The notes under the pieces: model-generated
Told to the model about the DNA's origin: nothing
Seen by the model: only the letters and a program-made list of their open reading frames with translations
The model's database searches: none
Source: a virus
Virus record (IMG/VR): IMGVR_UViG_3300034061_002572
Span: 1-64,000 of that record
Strand: one strand, 5' to 3'
Length of the DNA stretch: 64,000 bases
Made by a program: the position numbers and the translations under genes
In this document: positions 37,803 to 47,545 of the stretch, in pieces
Layout: each line of letters starts with the position of its first letter
Position numbering within the stretch: the stretch's first letter is position 1

Positions 37803-40800
37803 TTATGATTCACAATTTTCTTCTCTCTCTTTTTCCATTTGAGCAAGAGCATCTTCAAGGCTTGTAGTTTTTCCTTGTTGATCTAATTCATTAAGATTAG
37901 CTGTTTCAAGGAAATTTTCAGTTACTACAGAACTATCAACTGATGTTTCTTTAGTAACAGGATCTGCACCTGTTGTATATTGTGCTTTATATTCTTCAAT
38001 GCTCATAGTAGTAAAATAGTCATTTATTTCGGATAAATCAAGTGTTCTTTGAGAACCTTGGTATTTAAATTTAACTTTTCCATTTTCAACAGAAGAAACT
38101 CTTATTTCGGCACCTACATCTGCAAACACTTCATTTGGATTTCGAGCTTTAAAGATAGTACTAATAACTGTAAGTTTATCACCCGCTTGAATAGAAGATT
38201 CACTTATTTTTACATTAGTAGGATCAGTAAGTTCTGCTTTTTTCTCACTAAGTAAATCTGATATTACTTCCATATCGGTTGGAGTTATTTCAAATGCTAA
38301 AGCCTTATTATTCAATTCTAACTGATAAGCTAAAAATGTTTGCATATCATTTATAGTCTTCAGTTTTTCCACTACATCATCTACAGAAATTAATTCCGGA
38401 GTGTTATCAAAAGTAATTGAACTTGTTACTTTACCTTCTTCATTAATATTAGTTGGTATTCCAAATGAAAGTGAACTGACAACTTGTTCTTCTCCTGTAG
38501 GAGTTGGAACAACATCATCCTGTGGTTGTTTTTCCTGAGTAAGTAATTCATACTTAGTTATAAGATCTTTAACATCAGCTTTACTAGTTGCTGCTTTAGC
38601 AGTTTCTATATCTTCATCTGACATTAAGTCAATCATTGCACTAGTAAATCCAAGTTTACTTAACTTAGCTTTTGCTGCCGGAGACATTTCAGTACCAACT
38701 GTAATAGGTGCTTTAAGAGGAATCAATTTATCTATATCCTCTTTTACAGAATTCTTGTCTAAGTTAACAATATATTTTCCTGGAGCTAACAATCTAGTCT
38801 CTCCTGGTTTAAGAGCTTTTTTATCAACTGGTCTAGATACTGAAGTTATCATACCTGTTTCATCCTCATATGTAATTTGTATTGGAAGAATTCCAACATT
38901 TACATCAAGTCCTGGAAACATGTTCTGTAATAACCTTGCATATGCAGCTTGCTGATATGTATTTTCTATTTTCTTATTATAATGAATACTTGTAGGATCA
39001 TTATATCCAGCCCATTTACTTTCTTTACCAGTCTTAACATCCACAATAAACATTTTACCAGATTGGTCTACCAATAGTAAATCTATCTCACCTGCTATTG
39101 CAGCATCCTCATCATACACTCTCAAGTCTTCAGACACAACATAATACTGACCTGTATCAACCATTTCTTTTATCTTAGCTAGATAACCGTTTTCACCAAA
39201 TAATTGATTATAAGCTTCTTCAGTTATTTTAGCAGGATTAAACACTGGTGTTTTACCGGCAAATAATTCTTTAATTGCTCTATCAATATAATTACCTGCT
39301 TCAGTAGCTTCATCATATGTATTTTCATTTGTTATAGGTTTAACTTCTTCACGGAGAATATTAAACTTATCCATTTCATCTTCAATTTCTGAAGTATTAA
39401 ATACATAATTTTTATCTCTATTTTGTCTGAGTTTATTGTATACAGCTGATGGTTGGTCTAAAACATCATCTGTTACTACTTGATCACCAAATATTGTAAT
39501 GTGTCTTCCATCTATAACATTTCCATCTTTTAAATTAAAGATCCATTTTTTAACCATTTCCATTTCATCCATTGGAGCATCAACAGTGACAGTTCCATTT
39601 TGAATTGGTGATGTAAGTCCTTCTCTAGATATGTATCCTCTATTCATAAAGTTTAACATATCAGATTTCATTTTCTTAAATGCATTTTCACTTAGACCAT
39701 CATCTTTAATTTTTTTGTTTCTAAGTTCATTAATAAATTCATCCAAGAAAGCTTCATTAGGTTCAGTTACATTTGGATTATTTTTCTTATAGTTAGCAAG
39801 TGCTGTATCATAAGCCTTCATGACTTTATCCATATACTTGTAACTGTACTCTTTTGGTAATACTCTTTGGATTGCTTTTGTAACCCTTTCCATTACCTTT
39901 CCATTTATAACATAGCTACCATCAAATAAAATATTTTTCTGCATATCTTTAAGCTGTTCAATTTGCTCAATTGCTTTTTTCATTTCAGTTGAGTATCCAG
40001 CTCTTGATCTAGATTTAATTAATAACTCAAGCTTATTCTGAATTGCTTTCATTTCAGCTATTGAGTTAATATTCTCTAATGACGGTGTAGTGATTTTATT
40101 AAGATTATCAATAATAAGTTCTAGGTCAGAAATTAATTTTCTTAAGTTAGGAATTGTCTTATAATCTGCAGTATTAACTTTTTTACCATTAATCATAAAT
40201 GTAAAATCCTCAACTTCTCCAGTTTCTTCAGTAGCAGCTTTAATTTTTGCATTCTGATTATACTGTGAAATTAAATCTTTAGCAGACAAACTTGTTCTCA
40301 TGAAGTCAGCAAAGAAGTTTTCTTTCTGTTCTTCAGAAGCAGACTCAGTAAGATTCTTAGGTAATGACTCAAAATAAGATTGATATGCACTCATAAGAGA
40401 TTCATATAACTCCGGAGCTCTCCTTTGTATTTCATCTATAGGAGTAGTGATTGTAATAGGTTCAGTTTTTTCAACTTGAGTTTCTTTTCCTAAACCTTCA
40501 CGATAACTATCTATAATCTCTGCTCTAAGTTTCTCATACTTTTCATTAATCATTTGAACTTCAGCAGGATCAGCTTTCATTACATTGCTATATCTTACAG
40601 CAGATGTAAAGTTGATATCATCATTCATCTCCACTAATTCACCCTCAGCATTATCATACTTCAGATTACCCATATCATTATAGTAAACTATAGGCTCATC
40701 TGCTCCTTCATATGTTGCTTCAATATACTCACCAGGTAATGATTCTTCAAGTATGGTTCCCATACTAAAGTATTTCATTTTACCTGTTGGTTCAATTATA

Positions 40801-43800
40801 CCATTATCTTGTCTCTGCATTGTTTTGACAAGATTATTAAGATCAATACTTTTTTGTTTATCAAGTTCATTTAATTGATCTTGTAAAGCTGTATCTACTT
40901 CTTCTTCTGCAAATCCGGTTTTATTTTTTTGGATTTGAGAAAGTAAAATAAATACTTGAATATACTCTTGGTATTTAGGATTACTAGATGTGATTACAGT
41001 ATTATTGCTATCATCATAAAACTCTTCCGGAAACTTACCATTTTCCATCCAGTCATTAAAAGCATCCAGACTAATATATATGTTTCGATCAGCTAAGTGA
41101 TTTAATAAATCATTACCTTCTTTAGCTTTTATGGCTTTATCAACCATATCTTTATAATACTCTTTTCTGTTATTATAAAGATCTTTCATCCATTTTGCAT
41201 TTCTGTTTACATGCTCAATATATCCTTCAGGATTATGAAGAAGATTGATGTAGTCAACAAGAGATCTAGATTCTTTTTCTAAATCATAAAAATCAATAAA
41301 CTTTTCAAATGCATTTTCAATATCTGAATCAAATAACTTAGGACCCTTGGTTAATGAATTTAAATAATTTCCAAACTCAGATTTCAAGTCATCCATCATT
41401 TTGATAACCTTTTCATCTGACATTTTTCCATATTTCTTTTCAACTTCAGCTGCTAGATCTTCTGAACTAATCTCAGGATTTATAGCTTTAATCTGATCAA
41501 TAAGTTCCTTCTTATTAAAGAAGTTATAATACTCATTAAACTTTTCTGAAAATTTTTCTAGACTAGCCAACTTTCTTTTTTTCTCCTCTAATAAGTTTTT
41601 ACTATCTGGTGTAGCCCCTGTTTGTTTTAGAGTTTCAATATCATTTTTTAGTAAGCCTATTTCATTTGCTAATCTACTTCTATCAAATAATACATTGACA
41701 TCAGAGTTAGAAACATTTTTAAGACTACCTATATTGGTTACACTATCAATTATGCTCTTCATTCTAGATGCCGTATCTTCAAATGACTCATTAAAAAATA
41801 CAGCATTCTTTCTAGCAGTTTCCCAAGCTTCATGATATATTTCGGCATCCTTGTATTCAGGACTATCCTTCCTATAATTTTTTAAATTAATTGGATTTGG
41901 AAATCTATCTTTATATTGATTATGTCTCTTTTGCATTTTTTGAGCTCTATCAACAACACGGTCAATCATTTCACCTTGTCTTTCGGCTCCAGTTCCAGGC
42001 TCCAATCCAAATGATTCTTCAAACTCTTCAGGAGTCATTTGTTTAAATGACTGTATGTGTTCAATAAAGTAATCCATTGTATCTGTATCAAGTACAGTAT
42101 TTATCTGAGATTGAAAAGCTGCATCCATAATATCTCTTTCAATTTTTTCTGATTGAGTCATTTTTGCTTTAGCAGCTGTAAATTGATTACCATAGTTAAA
42201 CATTCTTGAGTTAAAGAACTCTTTTGGATTTACAGCATTTAATGTTTCAACCACTTGTTTAGCTACTTTTTCTCTAGCATTCTTATAATCATTGTATGCT
42301 TCTTTATCAAAAATTTTATTCATACCAATACTTCCATATTTAATAGAAGCATTTAATGGAGCAGCAAACATACCCATTAAGAATCCTGATGAAAATGTTT
42401 CAAGACCTTGAGAACTAAACTGTTTACCAATTGAACTTTCTACAAGTCCTTTAGCATAGTTGTATGTTCCAACTGCAGGGTTATAAAAAGTATCTTTGTA
42501 ATATCTTTTTGTTGCATCAGAGATAACTTCCTGAGCATTTTCTTGAAGACCTTCTGTTATATTGGCTTTAAAATATGCAAATGCGGCTGGCAAACCTTTT
42601 CTAAATGGATCTTTTAAGAATGCTTTACCAGTATTAACTAAGCTATTTTCAACATACTTAAACTCTCCTTTCATTAATTGTTTTCCTACTTCTTCCGCAG
42701 ACTTCTTTGCTCTTTCAAATACAACCTTTCCTGTTTTAAAACTTAAGACATCATCCGTTGCACCTTTTAAGAAGTTTTTAATACCTCCTTTAGGATTAAT
42801 TAAATTAGGAAATACAATTTTATTAGAAGCATAGATGATTCCTGTATTCCATTTTAATGCAGTCATACCAGCTTGTTTAGACTGGTCTACCATTCTTTCT
42901 TGTTGTTTATCTGTTGGAGGGTATCCATTTCTTCTATAAAAATCATTATATAAATCTTTATATAAATCATTTTCTACCATTCCTCCTTCAAGCCTTGCTT
43001 CAGACAAAGCCATATTTAAAGCTCTGATATCTCTATACAATCCACCGGCTGTCTTCATACTAGCATTATAAACTCTAGCTAGTCCAGTAAAGTTATCTTC
43101 ATTCTTATAAATTGCTTTTGCAGCATCTGTAAGGTTGTCTAATGGATTAAGAAAGTTACCTACTGATTTAAATAAATTTCTAGTTTTATTAATATCATTT
43201 AAACCATGTAATGTTTTATTAATAGCCTTACCGGTATCCATTGCCAGATCTATACCTTTAAGTCCTTTAGTTATTAAAGGAACTTTTCTTAAGTTATTAG
43301 CTGTAGCTGCAAACAAACTACCACCTCCTGTTAAAGGAGCTAACATACCTCCAGCAACTTCTTCTAAAATAGCACTTGACATAATACCAGCTGTATAAGC
43401 AAAGCTCATAGCAGTATTATTTATAAATGATCCAAAACCTCCTCTTGAGGAATAACCTATTGCAGCTGCTTCAGAGTATCTTTTACTTTCGTCAAGATCA
43501 GGAGAAAAATCTCCTTGTAGCATTTTACCTAAACTTTTATAACTTGTAGTAAGACCCATTGAAAATAGTGGCCAAAATGAATGTGTTATCATTCTTTTTG
43601 AATCTTCTAATGTAGTCGTACCCGCATTGAATACTGCTTCATTATCCCTAAATGGTGTAAATCCTATAGCATCAAATTTTTCCTGACCCACTGCTTGATA
43701 TTTCTTAAAGAATGACTGACCTGTAGGTCCTGCATTATAAGCATATACCTTTCCGTATTTATTCTTATTTACTAAAGATCCTGCATCTGATGCGGATTTT

Positions 43801-44078
43801 AGTGCCCATGCTGCAAATACATCTTTTGGTTTAGTATTTGGATTGTTACCTTGCGGCTTTTGATTATTAGCAGATCCTGTATAATTTTTTTTAATAGGAT
43901 ATGTTGGATTACTAAATGGCTCCGGACTAGGTAATATAGGTTGAACAGGTGGAGTTTTAATGACAGGGTCCTTTAAACTATCACCTTCAAAAGGCATAAA
44001 ATTCTTAACAGTTGGAATATCTGCATTACCTCCATAAGATGGACCTAATGGATCTAAGGGATTAAAATCTTCAGCCAT
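37803..44078 (-). CDS. giant putative ejected virion protein with PD-(D/E)XK nuclease domain
   Basis: 2091 aa; Gly/Ala-rich hydrophobic N-terminal helices, EARLEG and EGLQE motifs, coiled coils; AGEIDLL...VDVKT...QQAAY. Confidence 0.85.
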   Translation of the reverse strand: MAEDFNPLDPLGPSYGGNADIPTVKNFMPFEGDSLKDPVIKTPPVQPILPSPEPFSNPTYPIKKNYTGSANNQKPQGNNPNTKPKDVFAAWALKSASDAGSLVNKNKYGKVYAYNAGPTGQSFFKKYQAVGQEKFDAIGFTPFRDNEAVFNAGTTTLEDSKRMITHSFWPLFSMGLTTSYKSLGKMLQGDFSPDLDESKRYSEAAAIGYSSRGGFGSFINNTAMSFAYTAGIMSSAILEEVAGGMLAPLTGGGSLFAATANNLRKVPLITKGLKGIDLAMDTGKAINKTLHGLNDINKTRNLFKSVGNFLNPLDNLTDAAKAIYKNEDNFTGLARVYNASMKTAGGLYRDIRALNMALSEARLEGGMVENDLYKDLYNDFYRRNGYPPTDKQQERMVDQSKQAGMTALKWNTGIIYASNKIVFPNLINPKGGIKNFLKGATDDVLSFKTGKVVFERAKKSAEEVGKQLMKGEFKYVENSLVNTGKAFLKDPFRKGLPAAFAYFKANITEGLQENAQEVISDATKRYYKDTFYNPAVGTYNYAKGLVESSIGKQFSSQGLETFSSGFLMGMFAAPLNASIKYGSIGMNKIFDKEAYNDYKNAREKVAKQVVETLNAVNPKEFFNSRMFNYGNQFTAAKAKMTQSEKIERDIMDAAFQSQINTVLDTDTMDYFIEHIQSFKQMTPEEFEESFGLEPGTGAERQGEMIDRVVDRAQKMQKRHNQYKDRFPNPINLKNYRKDSPEYKDAEIYHEAWETARKNAVFFNESFEDTASRMKSIIDSVTNIGSLKNVSNSDVNVLFDRSRLANEIGLLKNDIETLKQTGATPDSKNLLEEKKRKLASLEKFSEKFNEYYNFFNKKELIDQIKAINPEISSEDLAAEVEKKYGKMSDEKVIKMMDDLKSEFGNYLNSLTKGPKLFDSDIENAFEKFIDFYDLEKESRSLVDYINLLHNPEGYIEHVNRNAKWMKDLYNNRKEYYKDMVDKAIKAKEGNDLLNHLADRNIYISLDAFNDWMENGKFPEEFYDDSNNTVITSSNPKYQEYIQVFILLSQIQKNKTGFAEEEVDTALQDQLNELDKQKSIDLNNLVKTMQRQDNGIIEPTGKMKYFSMGTILEESLPGEYIEATYEGADEPIVYYNDMGNLKYDNAEGELVEMNDDINFTSAVRYSNVMKADPAEVQMINEKYEKLRAEIIDSYREGLGKETQVEKTEPITITTPIDEIQRRAPELYESLMSAYQSYFESLPKNLTESASEEQKENFFADFMRTSLSAKDLISQYNQNAKIKAATEETGEVEDFTFMINGKKVNTADYKTIPNLRKLISDLELIIDNLNKITTPSLENINSIAEMKAIQNKLELLIKSRSRAGYSTEMKKAIEQIEQLKDMQKNILFDGSYVINGKVMERVTKAIQRVLPKEYSYKYMDKVMKAYDTALANYKKNNPNVTEPNEAFLDEFINELRNKKIKDDGLSENAFKKMKSDMLNFMNRGYISREGLTSPIQNGTVTVDAPMDEMEMVKKWIFNLKDGNVIDGRHITIFGDQVVTDDVLDQPSAVYNKLRQNRDKNYVFNTSEIEDEMDKFNILREEVKPITNENTYDEATEAGNYIDRAIKELFAGKTPVFNPAKITEEAYNQLFGENGYLAKIKEMVDTGQYYVVSEDLRVYDEDAAIAGEIDLLLVDQSGKMFIVDVKTGKESKWAGYNDPTSIHYNKKIENTYQQAAYARLLQNMFPGLDVNVGILPIQITYEDETGMITSVSRPVDKKALKPGETRLLAPGKYIVNLDKNSVKEDIDKLIPLKAPITVGTEMSPAAKAKLSKLGFTSAMIDLMSDEDIETAKAATSKADVKDLITKYELLTQEKQPQDDVVPTPTGEEQVVSSLSFGIPTNINEEGKVTSSITFDNTPELISVDDVVEKLKTINDMQTFLAYQLELNNKALAFEITPTDMEVISDLLSEKKAELTDPTNVKISESSIQAGDKLTVISTIFKARNPNEVFADVGAEIRVSSVENGKVKFKYQGSQRTLDLSEINDYFTTMSIEEYKAQYTTGADPVTKETSVDSSVVTENFLETANLNELDQQGKTTSLEDALAQMEKEREENCES

Positions 44079-47000
44079 TATCTATAATTAATATTTTTAT
44101 ATTGTTGACTCAACATATTTAACTCTTCAATTTTAGAATTAAATACTTCTTGAGCACTTATTTGTCTTTTAGTTACAGGATCTGTATAAGAGTATGGTAC
44201 ATTATAACTAATATTATTATCTGGATTCTTTTTATCCATAAGAGTAAATATTAAGTTATCATTTGCCTTATCATGATTGACTCTTATACTTCCTACACCA
44301 TATGAATCAGAATATTCAATAGGTCTTCCTGCAGCATCTGCATATATAGCATTTGATGCAAATAATGGTATTCTTGCTCCCATAGCTAAACTGTTATTAG
44401 CAAAGGTTCCGGAAGGTGCAATTACTGATATACCATGATTAAGCATAGCATTATAGTCAGCCATTGTTAGTATATTATTACCTTGACCATTTTCATCTGG
44501 CTTATCATTGGTAGACAAGTATTGTTTTAAAAACTCAGCTGTTGGTCTAATGATCATTGCCTCTTTTCCTAAGTCACCACCTGCTATAGATTGATGCTCT
44601 ATATCAAATGGTGCAAGTTTATTCATTTTAGGATTAGACATGGCTCTATACATTTCTCTCATTATGAACTTTGTCTTAGCATTTTCAGAATAGTTGGCAA
44701 ACCACTCTGTATCTGTTCTTTTTTCCAATGATCTATCAATTGCAGATACACTTGTACCACCAAATGTACCCATTGCATTTGTTCCATCTAAATCTAAACT
44801 CTGAACAGTATTTAAAAACTCTAACATAGCTCTAGTTCCTGGAGCTTGCCTATTCATAGGTAAGACCTGTACAACACTTGACTCAGCATATAAACCAGTA
44901 CCCGGATCATGTGATCCTCTAATAGTAGGAATAGGAAGTTTTTGAATATCACTTCCTGTATAAGCTTGATCTACTGCATTTCTAATTTCATTATACTTTG
45001 AACTTGCAACATTATTTCCTTTTTTAACATTTCCATTAAAACTATTAAAGACATAACTATCACCAAGTTGTTTGTATATTTTTGATTTATCACCACTAGG
45101 ATCTACTTCTTGAATAACATAAGCATTATCGGAAAACCATCCTCCGGCATTTGTTTGTTTTACAATATAACTTTTATTTGAACTAATTAAGCTTTTAATT
45201 AAGTCTCTATCATCAGATATATTTTTTCTATTTCCATTTTTATCAATGTAAACAGCATCCATACCTTCATTAGTTCCTAATGCACTATTGATACTTTTTC
45301 TTGCATCATCACCATTTTTATAAAATTTGGCACCAGCACTTCCTAGTTCACCCTTTTCATATAAATATTTACCAATATTATATGCAACATTTTTATAGTT
45401 TTTATCTGTAACATTAATTTGTTTTTTAGAAACAGGATCATATACAGTAGAACCACTTCCTGAAATTAAATCTGTACTACCATACTTTTTAGTAAACAAT
45501 TTTTCAAATTCTTCTTCAGATCTTAGTCTTCCTGTTTTTTCATCAAATGCTAAACTGACATATTTAGGATCAGCTCCCATTCTTAATACTTCTTGTTTAG
45601 CAAGATCACCTGTTCTTTTAATATAGTCAGCATCATTTTTTGCAAAAGTAATTAACTGACCAAAGTTTGAACTAGCTTGATCATATGTAGGTTTTAATCT
45701 TTGTACATTTAATAAATGAGCATGAGCATTAAAGTAACCATCAATTCTATTTTTTACTTGTTGTAGTCTTTCAGGTCTGTTAATTGCATATTTGCTCATG
45801 TCACTCATGAACTGATCCAAAGATTTTACTTTTTCACCTTTCTTTAAAGGTCTATCACCATACTGTAATCTTTTTAAATCTTCTTGACTAAATTGATTAC
45901 TGCTTTCTAGTGCCTTGAAAATATCTCTAGTTGTATTCCAAAATGGATCTGAGTATTCACTTCTAACTTGACCTTCAAAATACTTTTGTAATTTTCTTAC
46001 ACTTGTTTCACCTGTAGCATTTCCACCTTCACCAAATCCAGGTCTTGCAAATAAAGCTAAGTTATTATCAACTAGTTCTGTTTTAACTACTGGTTTGCCT
46101 GTACGTTTGTCAATTATTGGATTACCATTCTCATCTGTTTGTACAACATCTTCAAGTATGCTAGTTCCTGATTCCAGTCTCCATTTTCTATCAATGTTAT
46201 CTGCTTCCCCTTGATTCCTTGCTTTTACAGCAGCTAGAGTTCCTGCATTTCTTAGACGTATTTGGGCCATTTCATTTGCATGTTTCTCTGCAATAACAGC
46301 ATATGGATTTTCTTTTTGAGTAACCTTATAATCTCTATATGCATTTATTTGAGCTGCCTCATTTAAATGTTTTGATAGTTTATTCCAAGTCATTCCGTTG
46401 TCTACTTTCATTCTTAAGGATTTAATATCTCCATAAGGATTTTCAAATCCGGAATCACCTTGACCTGTAAAGTATTCTTCATTCTGATCTCTGAACCTGT
46501 CTAATACTTTATCATTTATTTCTTTGTTTCTTTTTAAATCCTCAAGATATTTTTCGGCACCCTCTCTTGCTGTACCATTCTTTATTTGAGTTTCTATATC
46601 TTTAATTTTTGAATCATATGAATTAGAAACTTGTTGAGTTGATTTATATGATTCTTGTACTTGTTGTTTTAGAACATTGAAGTTATCTTTAAGATATTGC
46701 ATTTCTGCTGCTTCTTTATTTCCATTAAACTGTGCAGCATTCTCTTCTATGTAATCTTTACGTTTTACATAAGCAAGAGTTCTATAAACATCTTGAATAC
46801 CAGGATCATTACCAAGTTCTGATTCAAACAATTTGCTTAATGGCTCCATTATCTGTTCACCATTCTTTGTTTGATACATCCATTTACCGTCTTCAGAAAA
46901 TGAAGGTGTTTCCATAGAAATTCCAGATTCTTTAGCAAGTAACCTAGCTTCTTTAAATACATTTCTAAATGGTGTATAGGCAACATTACCAAATTGCATT

Positions 47001-47479
47001 GATTCTTCATCTGATGAATTCTTAAATTCTTCAGTTAAATAGTCAATAGCTTTTATACCTTCATTAAAGTACATCTCACGTTTCTCCTTATTGGTTTCAT
47101 TCTTCAATGACATGCCATAAGCTCTTTGTGCATTCTTAGTTTTAGTCCAAGCCATGTCTTTCATAAGGACATTGTCCTCATAAAATGGTTTGAATACTTG
47201 CATAGCCTGATCAACATTCTGACTAAGTGATAAGTCTAATCCAGCTACTCTCTGTAGATTAAACTCAATATTCTTCATAAGATCCTCTTTCTTTTTAATG
47301 TTAGGATCTCTAGTTAAATCTGCATAAAAATATTGACCATATACATTATTAAGAGCTTTCCAATTTGTGTCATACTGTGATTGTTTGACTTGTAACAAAT
47401 TAGACTCAAAATTTAAGTCAGGTTGATACGGTTGATACTGAGGTATATATGATGTAACTCCTTGTATATAAGTTGCCAT
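44078..47479 (-). CDS. large putative virion/cargo protein (1133 aa)
   Basis: Long ORF; N-terminus with PYQPDL...KQSQYD and DLS resembles crAss-like cargo proteins preceding the giant genes. Confidence 0.8.
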   Translation of the reverse strand: MATYIQGVTSYIPQYQPYQPDLNFESNLLQVKQSQYDTNWKALNNVYGQYFYADLTRDPNIKKKEDLMKNIEFNLQRVAGLDLSLSQNVDQAMQVFKPFYEDNVLMKDMAWTKTKNAQRAYGMSLKNETNKEKREMYFNEGIKAIDYLTEEFKNSSDEESMQFGNVAYTPFRNVFKEARLLAKESGISMETPSFSEDGKWMYQTKNGEQIMEPLSKLFESELGNDPGIQDVYRTLAYVKRKDYIEENAAQFNGNKEAAEMQYLKDNFNVLKQQVQESYKSTQQVSNSYDSKIKDIETQIKNGTAREGAEKYLEDLKRNKEINDKVLDRFRDQNEEYFTGQGDSGFENPYGDIKSLRMKVDNGMTWNKLSKHLNEAAQINAYRDYKVTQKENPYAVIAEKHANEMAQIRLRNAGTLAAVKARNQGEADNIDRKWRLESGTSILEDVVQTDENGNPIIDKRTGKPVVKTELVDNNLALFARPGFGEGGNATGETSVRKLQKYFEGQVRSEYSDPFWNTTRDIFKALESSNQFSQEDLKRLQYGDRPLKKGEKVKSLDQFMSDMSKYAINRPERLQQVKNRIDGYFNAHAHLLNVQRLKPTYDQASSNFGQLITFAKNDADYIKRTGDLAKQEVLRMGADPKYVSLAFDEKTGRLRSEEEFEKLFTKKYGSTDLISGSGSTVYDPVSKKQINVTDKNYKNVAYNIGKYLYEKGELGSAGAKFYKNGDDARKSINSALGTNEGMDAVYIDKNGNRKNISDDRDLIKSLISSNKSYIVKQTNAGGWFSDNAYVIQEVDPSGDKSKIYKQLGDSYVFNSFNGNVKKGNNVASSKYNEIRNAVDQAYTGSDIQKLPIPTIRGSHDPGTGLYAESSVVQVLPMNRQAPGTRAMLEFLNTVQSLDLDGTNAMGTFGGTSVSAIDRSLEKRTDTEWFANYSENAKTKFIMREMYRAMSNPKMNKLAPFDIEHQSIAGGDLGKEAMIIRPTAEFLKQYLSTNDKPDENGQGNNILTMADYNAMLNHGISVIAPSGTFANNSLAMGARIPLFASNAIYADAAGRPIEYSDSYGVGSIRVNHDKANDNLIFTLMDKKNPDNNISYNVPYSYTDPVTKRQISAQEVFNSKIEELNMLSQQYKNINYR

Positions 47480-47528
47480 AGTATTTTTTTATCTGATATG
47501 TAAAACTATTAAAATTTTTAAAGTTTAA

Positions 47529-47545
47529 TAAACATTAAAAGTTTA
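47529..47545. promoter_or_regulatory. palindrome TAAAC-N7-GTTTA
   Basis: Same arms and spacing as the palindrome at 53691-53707; upstream of the 1133-aa gene. Confidence 0.45.
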
